From the NCBI GenBank assembly GCA_028023455.1, contig JAQFVV010000009.1:17546001-17610000 (forward strand): a stretch of 64,000 nucleotides of DNA. The letters are read 5' to 3'. A program made the position numbers and the translations under genes. The DNA comes from Epiperipatus broadwayi. Taxonomy: Eukaryota; Animalia; Onychophora. This document shows positions 11,912 through 24,899 of the stretch, in pieces. The notes beneath the pieces are model-generated. The model had not been told where the DNA came from, searched no databases, and was given only the letters and a program-made list of their open reading frames with translations. Position 1 is the stretch's first letter. Each line of letters opens with the position of its first letter.

Positions 11912-12463
11912 TCTTTCGAAGGCTTGTTCTTGTCCCTCCTTCCATTCTCACGTCACATCCTTTCTCAATAGCCTAACCAAGGGTTCCATTCGTTCTGCAA
12001 ATCGTTCCTGAAACCAGTTGTAAAAGTTGCACAGGCCAAGGAAGGACCGCACTTGTTTCCTGGATTTGGGTACTGGAAAGTCTCTGATAGCTGATACCTT
12101 ATCAGGGTGGGGCCTATACAATACTCCTATCTGACCATCTGTTTGCAATAGTGACAATGTTACTCCCAGGCCAAACTCACTACTATCCATCTGCACCAAG
12201 AATGGCCTCGCTAAATCGGTAAATGCCAACATTACGTATTCAATAAATCCTGCATTCACTCTTTCGAAGGCTTGTTCTTGTCCCTCCTTCCATTCCCACG
12301 TCACATCCTTTCTCAATAGCCTAACCAAGGGTTCCATTCGTTCTGCAAATCGTTCCTGAAACCAGTTGTAAAAGTTGCACAGGCCAAGGAAGGACCGCAC
12401 TTGTTTCCTGGATTTGGGTACTGGAAAGTCTCTGATAGCTGATACCTTATCAGGGTGGGGCCT
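11768..12463. repeat. 348-bp tandem duplication inside RT/RNase H (11768-12115, 12116-12463)
   Basis: Copies differ at about 5 positions; length is a multiple of 3. Confidence 0.95.
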
Positions 12464-13173
12464 AATATCTTGTGCTCCTACAATATGACCTAAAAATGTA
12501 ACCTCTTCCTGAAGCAATGTACTTTTCTTTAAGTTTATTTTAATTCCCTTTTCCTGGCATTCCTTTAAAAACATTGTAACCTCCCTTATATGCTCTTCTA
12601 TGGTGGCTGAGGCCATTAATACATCGTCCACATACATAGTGATCAGATCTTTTATTTCAGGGGATAGAACCTGATCTAAGCATCTTAATAACCCTGCTCC
12701 GCTGTTAATTAGGCCAAACGGCATCCGGTTGAACTGATATGAATAACCCTCATATCGAAATGCCGTATAGTTACAATCATCTGGGTGTAACTTGATCTGC
12801 CAATAACTGGCAGTCAAGTCAAATGTTGAGAATATTCCTTTTCCCTTGAATCTCCCAGAAGTTCTTGTATGGGAGGAGGAATGTTACAATCGAGAACGGT
12901 TACTTTGTTCAGTTGTCTCGCATCGAGGTACAACCTGATCTTACCATCTCTCTTCCTCACGACTACCAATGGGTTACAGTATGCTGATGAGCACTTTGAA
13001 ACAATGCCCCATTCTACCATTTGGTCTATTTGTTTTTTCACTTCAGTTCGATATTGATGGGGAATAGAGTATGATCTGGCTTTAAAAGGTTGGTTTTCAT
13101 TTACTCTAATCCTTTGTTCAAAACCCGGTATTATACCCGGTACTTCGGAGAAAACTTGATGGTATTCCTGCAA
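11948..13173 (-). pseudogene. gypsy pol: reverse transcriptase (frameshifted near 12815, internal 348-bp duplication)
   Basis: SAYCNPLVVVRKRDGKIRLYLD, YQFNRMPFGL, MYVDDVL, VTFLGH, FLGLCNFY in ORFs 12814-13173 and 11948-12817. Confidence 0.9.
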
Positions 13174-13194
13174 GGTTTGCCTTAATATACTTTA

Positions 13195-14156
13195 TCAACT
13201 CCCCATTGCCACCTCTGCCTCTCGTACCTTTTCCGTAATGATGTCATTCGTAAGGTCTTCTACCATACGTAATGCCCCTACTGATCTATGTAACGCACCA
13301 CTAAGAAACTTAACTACCTTTCCTTTACATGCACCTTGTCTACCTTCATAACTTAAAGTGCATTTATATTTATGAAAAAAATATGATCCTAACAAAGTGT
13401 CGCATATTATCAAAAAGACAAGCGGGCAGCTCTCTCCACTGATTTTAATATCTAGCCATACTTGTTTGGACTCAATCTTGGCTTTTCGGTTGTTAGCCAT
13501 TGTTACATGAACTGACTTCAATGGGAGAGTAGGTACATCCAATTGTTCTTTCCTGATTCTGTGGTATTGTCTTTCTGCTATCATCAAAACCTGACTACCC
13601 GAATCCAAAAGAGCCTCCATTTTTATCTGACTCACTGTTATGGGAATTTTGGGACATATCTGACATGCATAACCTGGGACTCTGTTTTCCCATGAACACA
13701 CTAAGTTTCCTATTTCCCTTTTTTCCTGTCCATATCCTTTACAGTATTTCATAAATTTCTGTCTGTTTCTCTGACCTCAATCCTTGCTCATCGATTTGTC
13801 TCATTTGTTTACTTATCTCTATCTGACTCAATAGTCTATCTATCGCTTTCGCTGACTTCTCACTCCGTTTCTACCATCCAGTTTATTTCCTCCGGTAGAT
13901 TCCTGCACACCATTCCCATAATCTGTTTCTCAGACAGTCTGCATCCTTCTAATGTCTTTAGCATGGCCACCTGTCTCCTGAAAAACTGCATATATTCTTC
14001 TCCATTATTTTCCTGAAACTTTTCCTTCATTAACTGTACTCTAATGTGCTCCTGTAACTCTTCCCTCCAGAAGACCTTCTTTAGACCCCTTTTATAATCT
14101 GGGAATGTGTGGCTGGTGGAAAAGTGAATTCCATCAAGCCTCAGCATATCCTTCAA
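13195..14156 (-). pseudogene. gypsy gag remnant and aspartic protease
   Basis: Protease motif ALLDSGSQV in ORF 13195-13752; capsid-like fragment in ORF 13860-14156. Confidence 0.75.
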
Positions 14157-14629
14157 GGTGATGGCATGCTATCATTACTTTATCTTTACCTGGTATTCCG
14201 TGGCTATCAAAATATCCTTGCAGGCCTTGAATGTGCTCTGTTGGCCAATCCTCCTTTCCCCTTCTGTACATTTTTATTTTCACCCATTCCATTTTGCTCC
14301 ACTTTTATCCTAGTGTTACTGCTTTTTTTTATCTATCAACAAGCTAATTATAATAATTTTGTGTCAACTATTTCTACATCAAACGCACCAGACCTGCTCT
14401 CCATCCTTGAAGTACTGTGCTACCTGTGTAATTTCCCTATCTAACCCACTCCCCTATCTAATCCACTCCAAACCTATTCTCTGATCTCTCTTTCTTTAAA
14501 ATTCATCAAAACAATTATAATATTTCACGTTAATTCTTTTATTATTATTATTTAACTCATATTAAACCCTTAGATTTAGGTGTTATATTTAACCTCTCCC
14601 CCCCCCCCACTTTCCACTCTTCAAAAGCT

Positions 14630-14646
14630 ACTTCATTGGGACGCCA
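14630..14646 (-). promoter_or_regulatory. Primer-binding-site-like sequence
   Basis: TGGCGTCCCAATG begins 1 nt inside the 5' LTR end; resembles the tRNA-Lys(CTT) complement TGGCGCCCAACG, but the primer tRNA is not established. Confidence 0.6.
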
Positions 14647-14647
14647 T

Positions 14648-16348
14648 TGTAACGGGATACCCTATACGTGTGAATCACATATATATATGACATATGTAAG
14701 TTTACATAATTATAATGTAATAGTTTCCTTTTTTCTCTCCTTTTAAAATTATAACAAAAATTTATATAAATAATTCTGTATTCAGTCAGTAATTCTACAT
14801 GGTACTCTTATTTCTCACCCAGCATATTTATGGACGTCAATTTCTGACTCCAAGCGCCAATCTTATCTTCAAGTAAATAAAAATTATGCTGGGAGAGATC
14901 GAGTATTAATTTTGAATAAATAGAACTCCTACCTCTGGCTAGCTCGCTCAGGGAGGATGGTTATTTACTGTGAGAAAGATATGGGGGGAAGAAATGCGCA
15001 CATAGACACTTAAATGATTCTCTTAATATATTATTTTTACTATAAATCTCTATCTCTATAGTACAATCTAAATTTAAAGAAGTCAAAACAGAACTAAAAA
15101 CAAAGATTTAATAGTCATTAATGTAAAAACAAAATCCCATAATAATTATTCACTGGCTTGTGCTCAACTATTTAAATATAACACATGCAAATACATATAC
15201 TGCATAAACAAATAAATATAATAAAAATCAGATAATACAAGACAAATGAAATAATTCAGTATTTAGTCTATTCATCCCTATAACTATGTTTGACAATATA
15301 TCAAAGATTTCCTTTTCTCTTTTCATCTTTACGCATTATTATTATTGGAAACAAATTAGTATTTACGAAGTGAATAGCGCTTAAGAAAGTGTTCATATTA
15401 CCTTGATTTCTCCCCCAGAGGTGTAGATGAATAGCAATATGGGTTCGCTCGACCCTGCGGCATGGTGAATAGGTGCTTTTTGATAAGTCAGTCGATTCCT
15501 TAGTGTAATATCAGGGATGTTCGGTAAAAATCATTCTGCCTGTCAGGTCTAAGAGGGGCTTCGTTACTATGTAGACAGAATCTGCAGTACCTTTGCAGGA
15601 TGACTGGCAGAGCCCGGCCCGTTTCGATCCTTACCCCAGCCTATTCATGGCTGACCGTTATATATAATTTTTTTTTAAATATTTTTGAGATCCTGCTAGT
15701 AGAATAAATCTTTCTAGAATCCTCACCAAAGTCTGACTTACTAATCTCTTTAATTCTCTATTGTTCCTTTTTCTTTTTATTCTTTCTTTTTTTTTTTCTT
15801 TTCTTTAAAAAGACACCATGTGGTATTCTTAGGTTTGCAAAAACCTTTTAGTAACTTTTTTCTTAATGTCAAGGAATTTCAATCAACACCTCAAAAATCC
15901 ATATTTGACCGTTCATTGTTTTCTTTCTTCAACATTTTTCTTTTAATTAAAATAAATTTTATCAATCAAGATAGCAATCTATACATTTTTGATTCTTTTT
16001 CTTACATTTAACATATCTTTTTGACAATCCTGTACTCCGACTTCCATCTTGGAAATAAAACTTTGTTTTATTATTCTTCTTTTTTAGTGAATTCACTCCA
16101 CTTATTCATCCATACAGCAATATAACTACATGCGTTTTAAACAAAATACAAGGGCACAAACTCTATAACCCCCCCTCCCCTTTCTGTTTTAATCTCTTTC
16201 TATTTCCCCATTTAAGCATACACACACACACAAAGAAAAGAAAAGAAAAAATAAAAGAATCGAATTTATTATAAATTTTGATTAAATATATATGTGTGCC
16301 TATATCCTACCATACTTTACAATAGGGTTTGAACCCAGCCCTGTTATA
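14648..16348 (-). repeat. 5' LTR (about 1.70 kb)
   Basis: Colinear with 8489-10170; followed on the minus strand by a PBS-like TGGCGTCCCAATGAAGT. Confidence 0.92.
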
Positions 16349-18229
16349 ATACTAAAGGCATATCATGTTAAAATGAATGTAAAATGTTAAAACAATAATT
16401 TAAATGTAATACTATAAATTTAGAATAAATATGAAAAAACTGTTGAGCAGTATATTCCTAATAAGTATGAGAGAAATATTTTTAACATAAACCTAATATT
16501 CGTTTACTGTCTAATTATATGGTTTTGTTGATAATGGAAATGAAAAAGTGTTAAGTAAACTCTCATTATTATTCTTTTAATATGAAAGAAAATAGTCCTG
16601 GCTCAGTGAAGAAGAAAACATTATTCACATGGCTTGCAAATTGCCAGGTAGTTAGAATTCAAATGCTTTTTCATCTTTGTTTTATCTTCAGGAAAAAATA
16701 ATTAGATACTTATTTATTGATCAATATTAGATGGTTACTTGAATAAGTTATTGTTATTCGATCTAAAAGAAAAATTGTGAACATAATTGAAACTTTAAAA
16801 ATGTTGAAATTTCATCCAATAGAAATACACTCCCATTGTGATTTAGAGATGGATGGTGTGTACAATATGCAACTTAAATTTTTATAAAGATGTGCATTTT
16901 TAATTATTTTAATAAAAAGATATAAATGCAGATTGATAAGGTATCCTTCCCAACTTTTCTTTAAAGCAATCTAAAAAATTTAAATAAAGCAGTTTTGTTT
17001 ATCTTATTTACAATTAAAAATAATTTTTTCATTAAAAGCACCAAAAAAAGTTTCTCCACAGCTTTTAAAAAATTGGAGCAACAAAATCATAGCAGAAATC
17101 CCTATAGCTCACATGAGATTCATTAATATTTAAATCAAAGACTTAGGACCACAGTGGAATGACATCAATGTTGCTCAAGCCAATATATAACTTTGTGAGC
17201 TGTAAAAGTTAGTGTATTACAATTGTTGAAGTAGACAGTATTGTCTATAATATAGAATGAATGTAGCCCCTAACAACACATTCAAGCAGAATGGTGATTT
17301 GTAATCTGATATGACTGCTCAAATCATGACAGCTCTGTCAGTATGCTTTATAGTTAAGAGAATGTATTTTGGCTGACTAGTTTCATTGAGTAATCATTGG
17401 ACATACATCATCTCAGTGATTAGAAAAGTGTAAATGATGAACCATATAACCTTACAAAATGGTTTTCAATCTTAAGATTATGGTATGACTGCTTCTACAT
17501 CATACCATTCACTTTAGAAAAAAAATGGCAGATAGGCCAAAAATGTTCTCCTTACAAAGTTCATGACAGACTGCTTTAGTAGACATTGGATATTCTACTA
17601 TGTTAGTGCTTTTTTACTGCAGTCTTATATATGATCAATTATTTCATCTTAATATCATATTTCATTTCAGCAGGTTTTATTCCCTCATACTTAGCAAATA
17701 TTCTTGATCATGAAACATTAAATAATTGTAAGTTTTGACAATAATACTTCAGCTAATCAGATACCAAAACAATAACTCCTCTTAAATTCAGGCAGATCAA
17801 TATTTCTTCTCACAAACTTATAAATCTTACATCTTAAAAGATAGTCTTCAGCATCTTTTTAAACTCCTACTTATTTAAAAAAAAGAATATTACATTGCTA
17901 TATCTTTCCATTTTGACCATATATATATATATATATATATATATAACAGCTACAAGTAAATGATTATTCCAACAATAAGTAAAAAAAAATGCTCTAGAAA
18001 TGAATTTTGCAATGATTACATACACCAACCTATAACTCACAAATATGTCCATGTGTAGAACATGTTTGTCCATTTTTCTGTTTATTTGATATTTTGCAAT
18101 GCTGTTTTTTAATTTCTCTAGCAGAGAACTTTTCTTTTTGAAATACTTCAAAACCATATCTTTCCAATAAAACAATCAATAATACACTTCTTTAGAATAT
18201 CTTTAAATCAATCTTTATAATGTAAACAG

Positions 18230-18620
18230 GATCTACCTCTCCCATAAAAACCATATTCAAGTCTTGCATTGTTCTATTTATTTTACATATTCAATCTAAT
18301 AAAGACGTGATATTATAATAATGGACTCTATAATATTATATCCCGAAAGTTGAAGAACATTAACTGGTTTTTATGATCTTGCCACTGTAATTTTAAAATT
18401 TTATGGAGCATCTTTAAATGAAACTTTAGTAAGGCCTTTATACTGCATCAATAGAATATCCAAGTTTCACTTCCATATATAAAATTATGATAAAATAATA
18501 TCTATAAATAGCTAATTTAATTGCAGTAATTATTTTCCCATGATAATATATTCTATCTTTTAATTTAATAAATGCAGCAACAGCACATTTAAATCTGGTA
18601 CCTCAACATCTAATTCCATC
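18230..18620 (-). mobile_element. RTE-like LINE 3' remnant
   Basis: Minus-strand YGSETW...FHLKMLHKILKLQWQD resembles the RTE RT C-terminus; stops and frameshifts present. Confidence 0.5.
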
Positions 18621-18699
18621 TTTTAAGACATTAAAATTAGTTTATATTTTCATGTTGATAAACATCCAAGATAAAAGTTTGTTTATTACAACAATGAAA

Positions 18700-19100
18700 A
18701 ATCAACTTGTCTTTGGCTCTGGATTAGGCCTTCAACAATATTGTGTATTGAGTCCAATACTCTTGCCATATATATATATATATCAGATTTAGTAACATTT
18801 ATTCTAGATAAAAACATTTTATGTCATGCAGATGATGTTAAATTTTTTCTTAAATCAAAGGCAAAAAGATGTTAAAATTTTACAAAATAATATCAACATA
18901 TTTTATTTATAACTGGTATAAATAATATGAAAGTAAATGCTAACAAATGCAATGGATGTCATATTCAAGAAAAATAATTTTGATAGTCTTGAAATAAAAG
19001 AACACTGCTGACCACCCAGATTAGGGCTTAATATTTACAAGCAATTTTACTTTTAACAAATACATAATATATTCTGTCACCAAAGAATTCAAATTCATCA
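18700..19100 (+). mobile_element. Non-LTR RT remnant
   Basis: GLQQYCVLSPIL...ADDVK degenerate RT motifs. Confidence 0.4.
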
Positions 19101-19683
19101 GTTTGATGCTAAGGTCTAAAATTGTTTTTAGTTTTGCAAATATAATTAAAATTTCATCTTATAACAAACCTTTCAATGAACTGCATAATAAGAAACTATT
19201 ATCTGATATAATTTTTTTTTTTGTATAAACTAGTAAAGAGCACAATAATTTTTATGACTTACTGACAAATGTATTTTGTGAAATATCAATTTTTCATGGT
19301 AGAAATCATGAACTATTCGACCTAATATTAATCAGGCACAAGTATGTAAGAAATGGGCAACCTTATAGAATACAAAAGGAATATATTTAGCAATGCTGAT
19401 TTTGTATCAGACTTTAAAGTATTCAAAAAAGTATTTTAAAATTACTATATTAAGTTTTATTTATTATCTAATTATATAAACATTTTTAGCCTTGCAGCTG
19501 TTGTTTATTAATAAATTGAATTATTATTATTATTATCATCATCATAATCAGGAGTAATATAGTAAAATAAGAGGCAGTGATAATATTAAAGGTAAGTACT
19601 ATAAATCTATTTTTTTTCTTAAATGTAGGTACATGGAATGTGCAATTTTTACTTGTTAAAAACTCTTCAAGACCAGAACATAG

Positions 19684-20718
19684 GATTGTTTTCATAAATC
19701 TCCTCATATATGCTATAATGCAAATTTTTATATAATTCCTCCTAGCAGTTTAGACTGTCATGCAGTCTTGATCGGAGCTACAACATTTAAACATATAATC
19801 ATATAACTATTATTTTATATACATATAAAAATACTTATTTTACATTATTATTCATAATCATATTTTATTTGGAACTCTATACCTCTTATTTACTAATTTT
19901 TTTTTTCTTTATTATTTCTACTTCCTGTTAATTTTTATTTCTTATTTTTTCTATCCTATCTATCATTCTGCATTATTCTTTAATATATCTCTATCACTTT
20001 TCTATTTTATTTTTTATTTTAATACTTATTAATCTAATTTCTTTTCTTTCTTTCTATTATTTATCTATACTTATTCTTTTATTAATATTTTTTTATTTAT
20101 TCCTATTCCTATCTTTAAAAAATTATTCTCATTTTTAACTGACTTATTCATTTTAGTCATTTTTGTATTTTTTGTATTTTATAAAATGAATATCAATTAA
20201 AAATGAGAATAACTAATAAAGATAGGAATAGGAATAAATAAAAATTATTAATAAAAGAATCCATATAGATAAATAATAGAAAGGAAAAAAAATTATATTA
20301 ATAGGTATTAAATAAAATAGAAAGGTGATAGAGATATATTAAAAAATAATGTAGAATGATAGATAGGATAGAAGAAATAAAAAATAAAAAGGAAGTAAAA
20401 ATAATAAAGTAATAATAAGAAAATAATAATTAGGAAATAAGAGAAGTAAAGGTATAGAGTTAAAAATAAAATATGATTGTAAATAATAATGTAAAATATG
20501 TATATTTATACGTATATAAAATAATAATTATATGATTATGTTTAAATGTTGTAACTCTGATGAAGACTGCAGGACAGTCGAAACTGTTAAAAAAATAAAG
20601 GAGAAATTATATAAAAATTTGCAATAGAATGTATATGAGATTTATAAAAAAGTAATAAATATGAATATATGAAGAAATTCAAAAAAAGTAAAGGAGAAGA
20701 TATAAGAATAATGCTTCT
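19684..20718 (+). mobile_element. Non-coding PLE-type fold-back insert with HHR core (family B)
   Basis: Inverted arms about 19690-20150 / 20185-20650, then a ~68-bp tail; TSD AACATAG/AATATAG (19677-19683, 20719-20725). Confidence 0.75.
20557..20584 (+). ncRNA. Hammerhead-like core (family B); degenerate inverted copy at 19750-19777
   Basis: CTGATGA-A-GACTG-CAGGA-CAGTC-GAAAC; stems I and III could not be assigned convincingly. Confidence 0.5.
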
Positions 20719-22703
20719 AATATAGAACTGCACTGGTAGCTAAAAAAAACTATCAAAATTTAATATTGATACTCTTAATGAAACTTGTCTTCCACAAGAA
20801 GAAAGTTTAATAGATAAATGCATAGTTACAAGTTTTTTTGGAAGGATAGATCAGTCAGTGAAAGGAGAATGCATGTTTTTGGATTTACTGTAAAGTTTAA
20901 TTTAATATCTTCTATTGTTGGAATTCCTCATTGTATCAATAAAAGGCTAACGATGTTAACTAGTGCTCATTTTATTAATGCTTATGCTCAAATTTTACAT
21001 TCAAAGAATTCAGAGAAGGAAAGATTTTATACCTTGCTGTATAGCATTATCATAGCAATACCAATAAAAGATCCAACATTTTCTTCTTGGAGAGTTTAAT
21101 GCAGATGTTACAAATAGGAGACTTTAGCTAAAAGTTTTTGGAGATAAGATAATTCTGTACAACATGTGGATTAATTATCAAAAACATGTTGTTTAGGCAG
21201 AAAAACTAAAAGAATATGGATGTATTCAAGCTCAAAACAATGCCATTTAATATATTACATTACATTAGAAATTCATATTAAGTAAGTATTTACAACTGCA
21301 GATTGTTAAATGGATTATAAATTAATATGTTCTGAGATTAAAATGATAAATGCATTAAAAAGTAGATAGGGGCTGCATAAACATACAATCTTTGCCAGCT
21401 GGAATTCCTATCCCAAATCCATTTTCAAGCAGACTCATTAGCAATTTTTGTACTGCCTCAATCAAGGATCACAATTAAGTGCACCTGTCTTATTAAGGTT
21501 GTTCTCATCATTTTCTTAATCCTTGAAGGCTCGAGTTAAAAAAAAAAATGAAAAAAGTGGAATCAGAAATGCTGTGCATGTAGCTAAAGAATGGAAATAT
21601 GGTTGCACAAACAATACACAATCCCATTATCAAAAAATTAGTATAGTGAGATGACCTATACATGATAGACTCATGATAACTGGGCACTACACTAACTTTA
21701 AGTGACAAAAGAAAAAAAAAGTGACTTTGTATCAGAAAAAGTGATTAAAGAAGAAAATGAGGAAGAGAGGAGACATTTTGCATCAGAAACATATATCTAG
21801 CCTTTGATGAACTAACATCTTAAAATACAAGATAACAGGAAATAATATTGGTTGGCCATTGTTTATATTCACAGTTGATTTGTACTTGTGGAACATATCC
21901 GTAGACTGAGCACAGCATATGACTGTTAAAATATGGGAACAAACGTATGTTCACTTTTTTTTTTGTCCAGAATTTGTGTGTACATTCATAGTACTTATAT
22001 TTAAACTAAATTTAATTACATACAAAAGCATACAAATAATGCAAAAGATTAAAATTTAAAGCAATGCATACACTGTTTATTTTTAACAATGTGACTATTC
22101 CTGGCATACATATGTAATTATGCAAATATAGCATAAAAATCATATACACTTAATCTTCTCAAAATAGTTGGAAATATTACAACGTACACTATATAATATT
22201 AAATATATATGGACAAATAAAATAATCTAAATTTCCAGTTATTTATAATGGCAAAAAAAAAAAATTATTATTAAATTCAACTTATGACTAGAGTATTTTT
22301 TTTTAATTCGGTTTCTAATAAAACATTAAACGTCCCAACAAAAGCAATTAAAATCTGATAATTTTAATTAAGTAACAACTACAGTACAAGCATTATTTTT
22401 AATTATATGATTTTAATTACCTCAAGCATCGAGCGCTCAGGATTTATTTTCAATATTTAATCAACTTACGATTATTGGGCAAAGTAACAAGTTCAGATAC
22501 TACCATATATAGACGAATGAAAATAATAACAAAATAATATTACCTATATTAATTATTAAAACCAATCACCGATATATTGACAAAAAGTGTAGTCATTTTC
22601 AATATTTAAGTAAAGTTACCTTTAAATAAACGAGATTGCATATTTAATGAGCTTTTAAAAATGTTATTTATGCTTATTGTCATGTAATAAAATATCTGCT
22701 TAC

Positions 22704-22827
22704 CTTCTTCAAAACTACTGCTATATTTTATTTCATTAAGAGATCTTTTTGTCTCTTCTAATATATACCGCAAAACTTTACAGTGTTTTGAAAACTTTTT
22801 TAACTCCTGGGGAAGATTTGCCGCCAT
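22704..22827 (-). CDS. DSTYK: DSTYK-like coding exon 1
   Basis: MAANLPQELKKFSKHCKVLRYILEETKRSLNEIKYSSSFEE + G, then donor GTAAGC at 22703. The phase-1 end joins exon 2 (G+AT = Asp) in frame. Resembles the DSTYK N-terminal helix. An alternative in-frame ATG lies at 22842. Confidence 0.8.
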
Positions 22828-22849
22828 TATCACAGCACACATTTCTTTC

Positions 22850-23150
22850 CGCAAATTAACATCTTATATAGTTCTGAAGATAAATTTGTAAATTTTTTTT
22901 TTCAAAATCAAAAATGAATTCATAATGTCTGGAAGAAAAATTTCTTAAATGCGGAAAATTTAGCACAAATACACTTCAAGAATTTTTATTGTGATCTACC
23001 GGTTTGAGAGTAGTTGAGTCAAAGGTATTTTAGATTATTCTTATCACTGAATTTCCTATCGTATGTAATGTAACGTATTAATGTACATTTGTGCAATACT
23101 GAATCATTACGTCGATTATCTTATCGTATTTAACCTCCTGTCGAAGATAT
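22850..23150. promoter_or_regulatory. Probable promoter/5' UTR region of the DSTYK-like gene
   Basis: Directly upstream of exon 1; CpG dinucleotides are retained here and at about 22.3-22.6 kb, whereas most of the window is CpG-poor. No TSS data. Confidence 0.35.
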
Positions 23151-24899
23151 TATTTAAAAAATAAACAATTATGCTATATAGTAGTTACTTATATTTTTTA
23201 AAAAAGAAAAGTGACAATTTGTAATAAAATTAATCTGAAACATTCAATGTAATTGAAAATATATAAATTTGCAATACTTTATTTTTTCCACCAACTAATG
23301 GAGTTTTACTATTTTATTAAACAGCCGTTTAATTAAAGTATAAAATTATAAGGAAAAATTACTCTTAATAAACATGGTTTGGCAGGAGGAGGAGTCCAAT
23401 AATCAGGGTTGGAAAAACTCCATTTTTGTAATTTGTAAAACGGATGAATGTTTTTTTTTTTTTCAACTACGAATGAATTAAAACAGAATCTATATAGTAA
23501 ATTGGCTAAATTAATATAAAACTAATATCGATTATAAATTTCAGAAAAACTTCTAGGAATTTATACTGATCCACTCTTCTTCAGCTTTTTAAATAATTAC
23601 ATCTCGCTGCATTCCTTAGGTTAAATTTATTAAACCAAGAAAAAGTGTTCAATTGGGAGTTAACTTTTAAAAAATGTTATGACTAATTTTATGTTTATAT
23701 ATTTAAAAGACTACATATTAGATGGATGGATAAGCTTAGGACGTTTATTAGAATGAAACTATAGATAGGCAAAAATTCAATTCTGATCACAATCATATAA
23801 TAAATTCAAATAATAATATGTTAATTCTATTTATTATTTTTAATTTTAAGATAATTTTAATAAAATAAAATTAGGTAACTGTTTTTATAATAGTTTTAAG
23901 TATTTCAGAATTAATATTGCTTGGTTCAATTGTTTTTCGATATTGTATTTGATTAGGGAAGGTTTTTAAGCAGAAAAGAAAAATTGTTCTTAATTTTTAC
24001 TTCAATTATTTTTTAAATTCTGTCTAAAATATTTATTGCCTATATATAAGATAAGATCTAGGCAGCTACTGTCAAAGAAATATTTTTATTAATGTCCACA
24101 GTTTTATTACATTCTTCTATTTATTTTTTTCAGGTACAGTATTTTAAAAATTATTATAAAAATGAATATATAGAAGACAAATTTAATAAATGTTTTGCAA
24201 AATTACAATTTATAAATATTCTTCAAGAACATTGCAAATCAATATGAGCATAATTAGCAGTATAAAAATGATAATGTAATAGTTTAACTACATTGGATAT
24301 CTATGATCTTCCTGAAGTCAAAATGCAAGAACATATTTATATATTACGTATGTAGGTGTTAAGTTCCATGCCCAAAAACATGTTGAATAACTAGATGTAC
24401 TATGTCAAAGTTGGCTTACATCTTGTCTTGTAATTGACGTGTGCGTGTTTTCTCAATTACATTTCTAAAAAACTGCAGTAAATTTTTGTATCTATTACAT
24501 CAGGGTTAAATTCAAATCTTTGTCTCAGAAAAAAGTACTCTTTACATGATATATTAATATTTATAACAAATCTTTATAAATTCATGGGTGGACCATAGAT
24601 GTGTTTATCATCTGCACAGACAAGCATGCATTCTCTAGAAATCTCACATTGCCAAAAGGTAGTGCATTGATCACAATCATATTAGCAATAATGAACACAA
24701 TAATATATAGCCACTCATAAATGAGTATGGCCATTCTAATTCTTAAGAAAAAGAGAAAAAAAATGCTCAAAAAAATGAATTTTGGATAATTATACAAACC
24801 AGTACGTGAACCACAAATATAAATATGCCCAGATATAGAGCATGCTGGTTCATTTTTCTATTCATTTTATATTGAAGAAGAATAGTTTAGTTTTGAGAG

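Larger units (their letters stand above)
8489..16348 (-). mobile_element. Ty3/gypsy LTR retrotransposon, two LTRs, decayed gag-pol, no env
   Basis: LTRs 8489-10170 and 14648-16348; 4-bp TSD ATAC (8485-8488, 16349-16352); PBS-like 14630-14646; PPT 10174-10182; domain order PR-RT-RH-IN. Confidence 0.93.
19620..21240 (+). mobile_element. RTE-like LINE AP-endonuclease remnant, split by an HHR fold-back insert
   Basis: GTWNV...RPEH | RTALVAKKLSKFNID..NET...FFWKD..ERRMH..GF...INKRL...NAYA...KERFY; the frame rejoins as PEHRTALV when 19684-20718 plus one TSD copy is removed. Confidence 0.7.

Noticed and set aside
787-22703. Additional DSTYK exons within intron 1
   Set aside because: Exons 1 and 2 already join in phase with contiguous similarity to DSTYK; no extra exon needed or seen.
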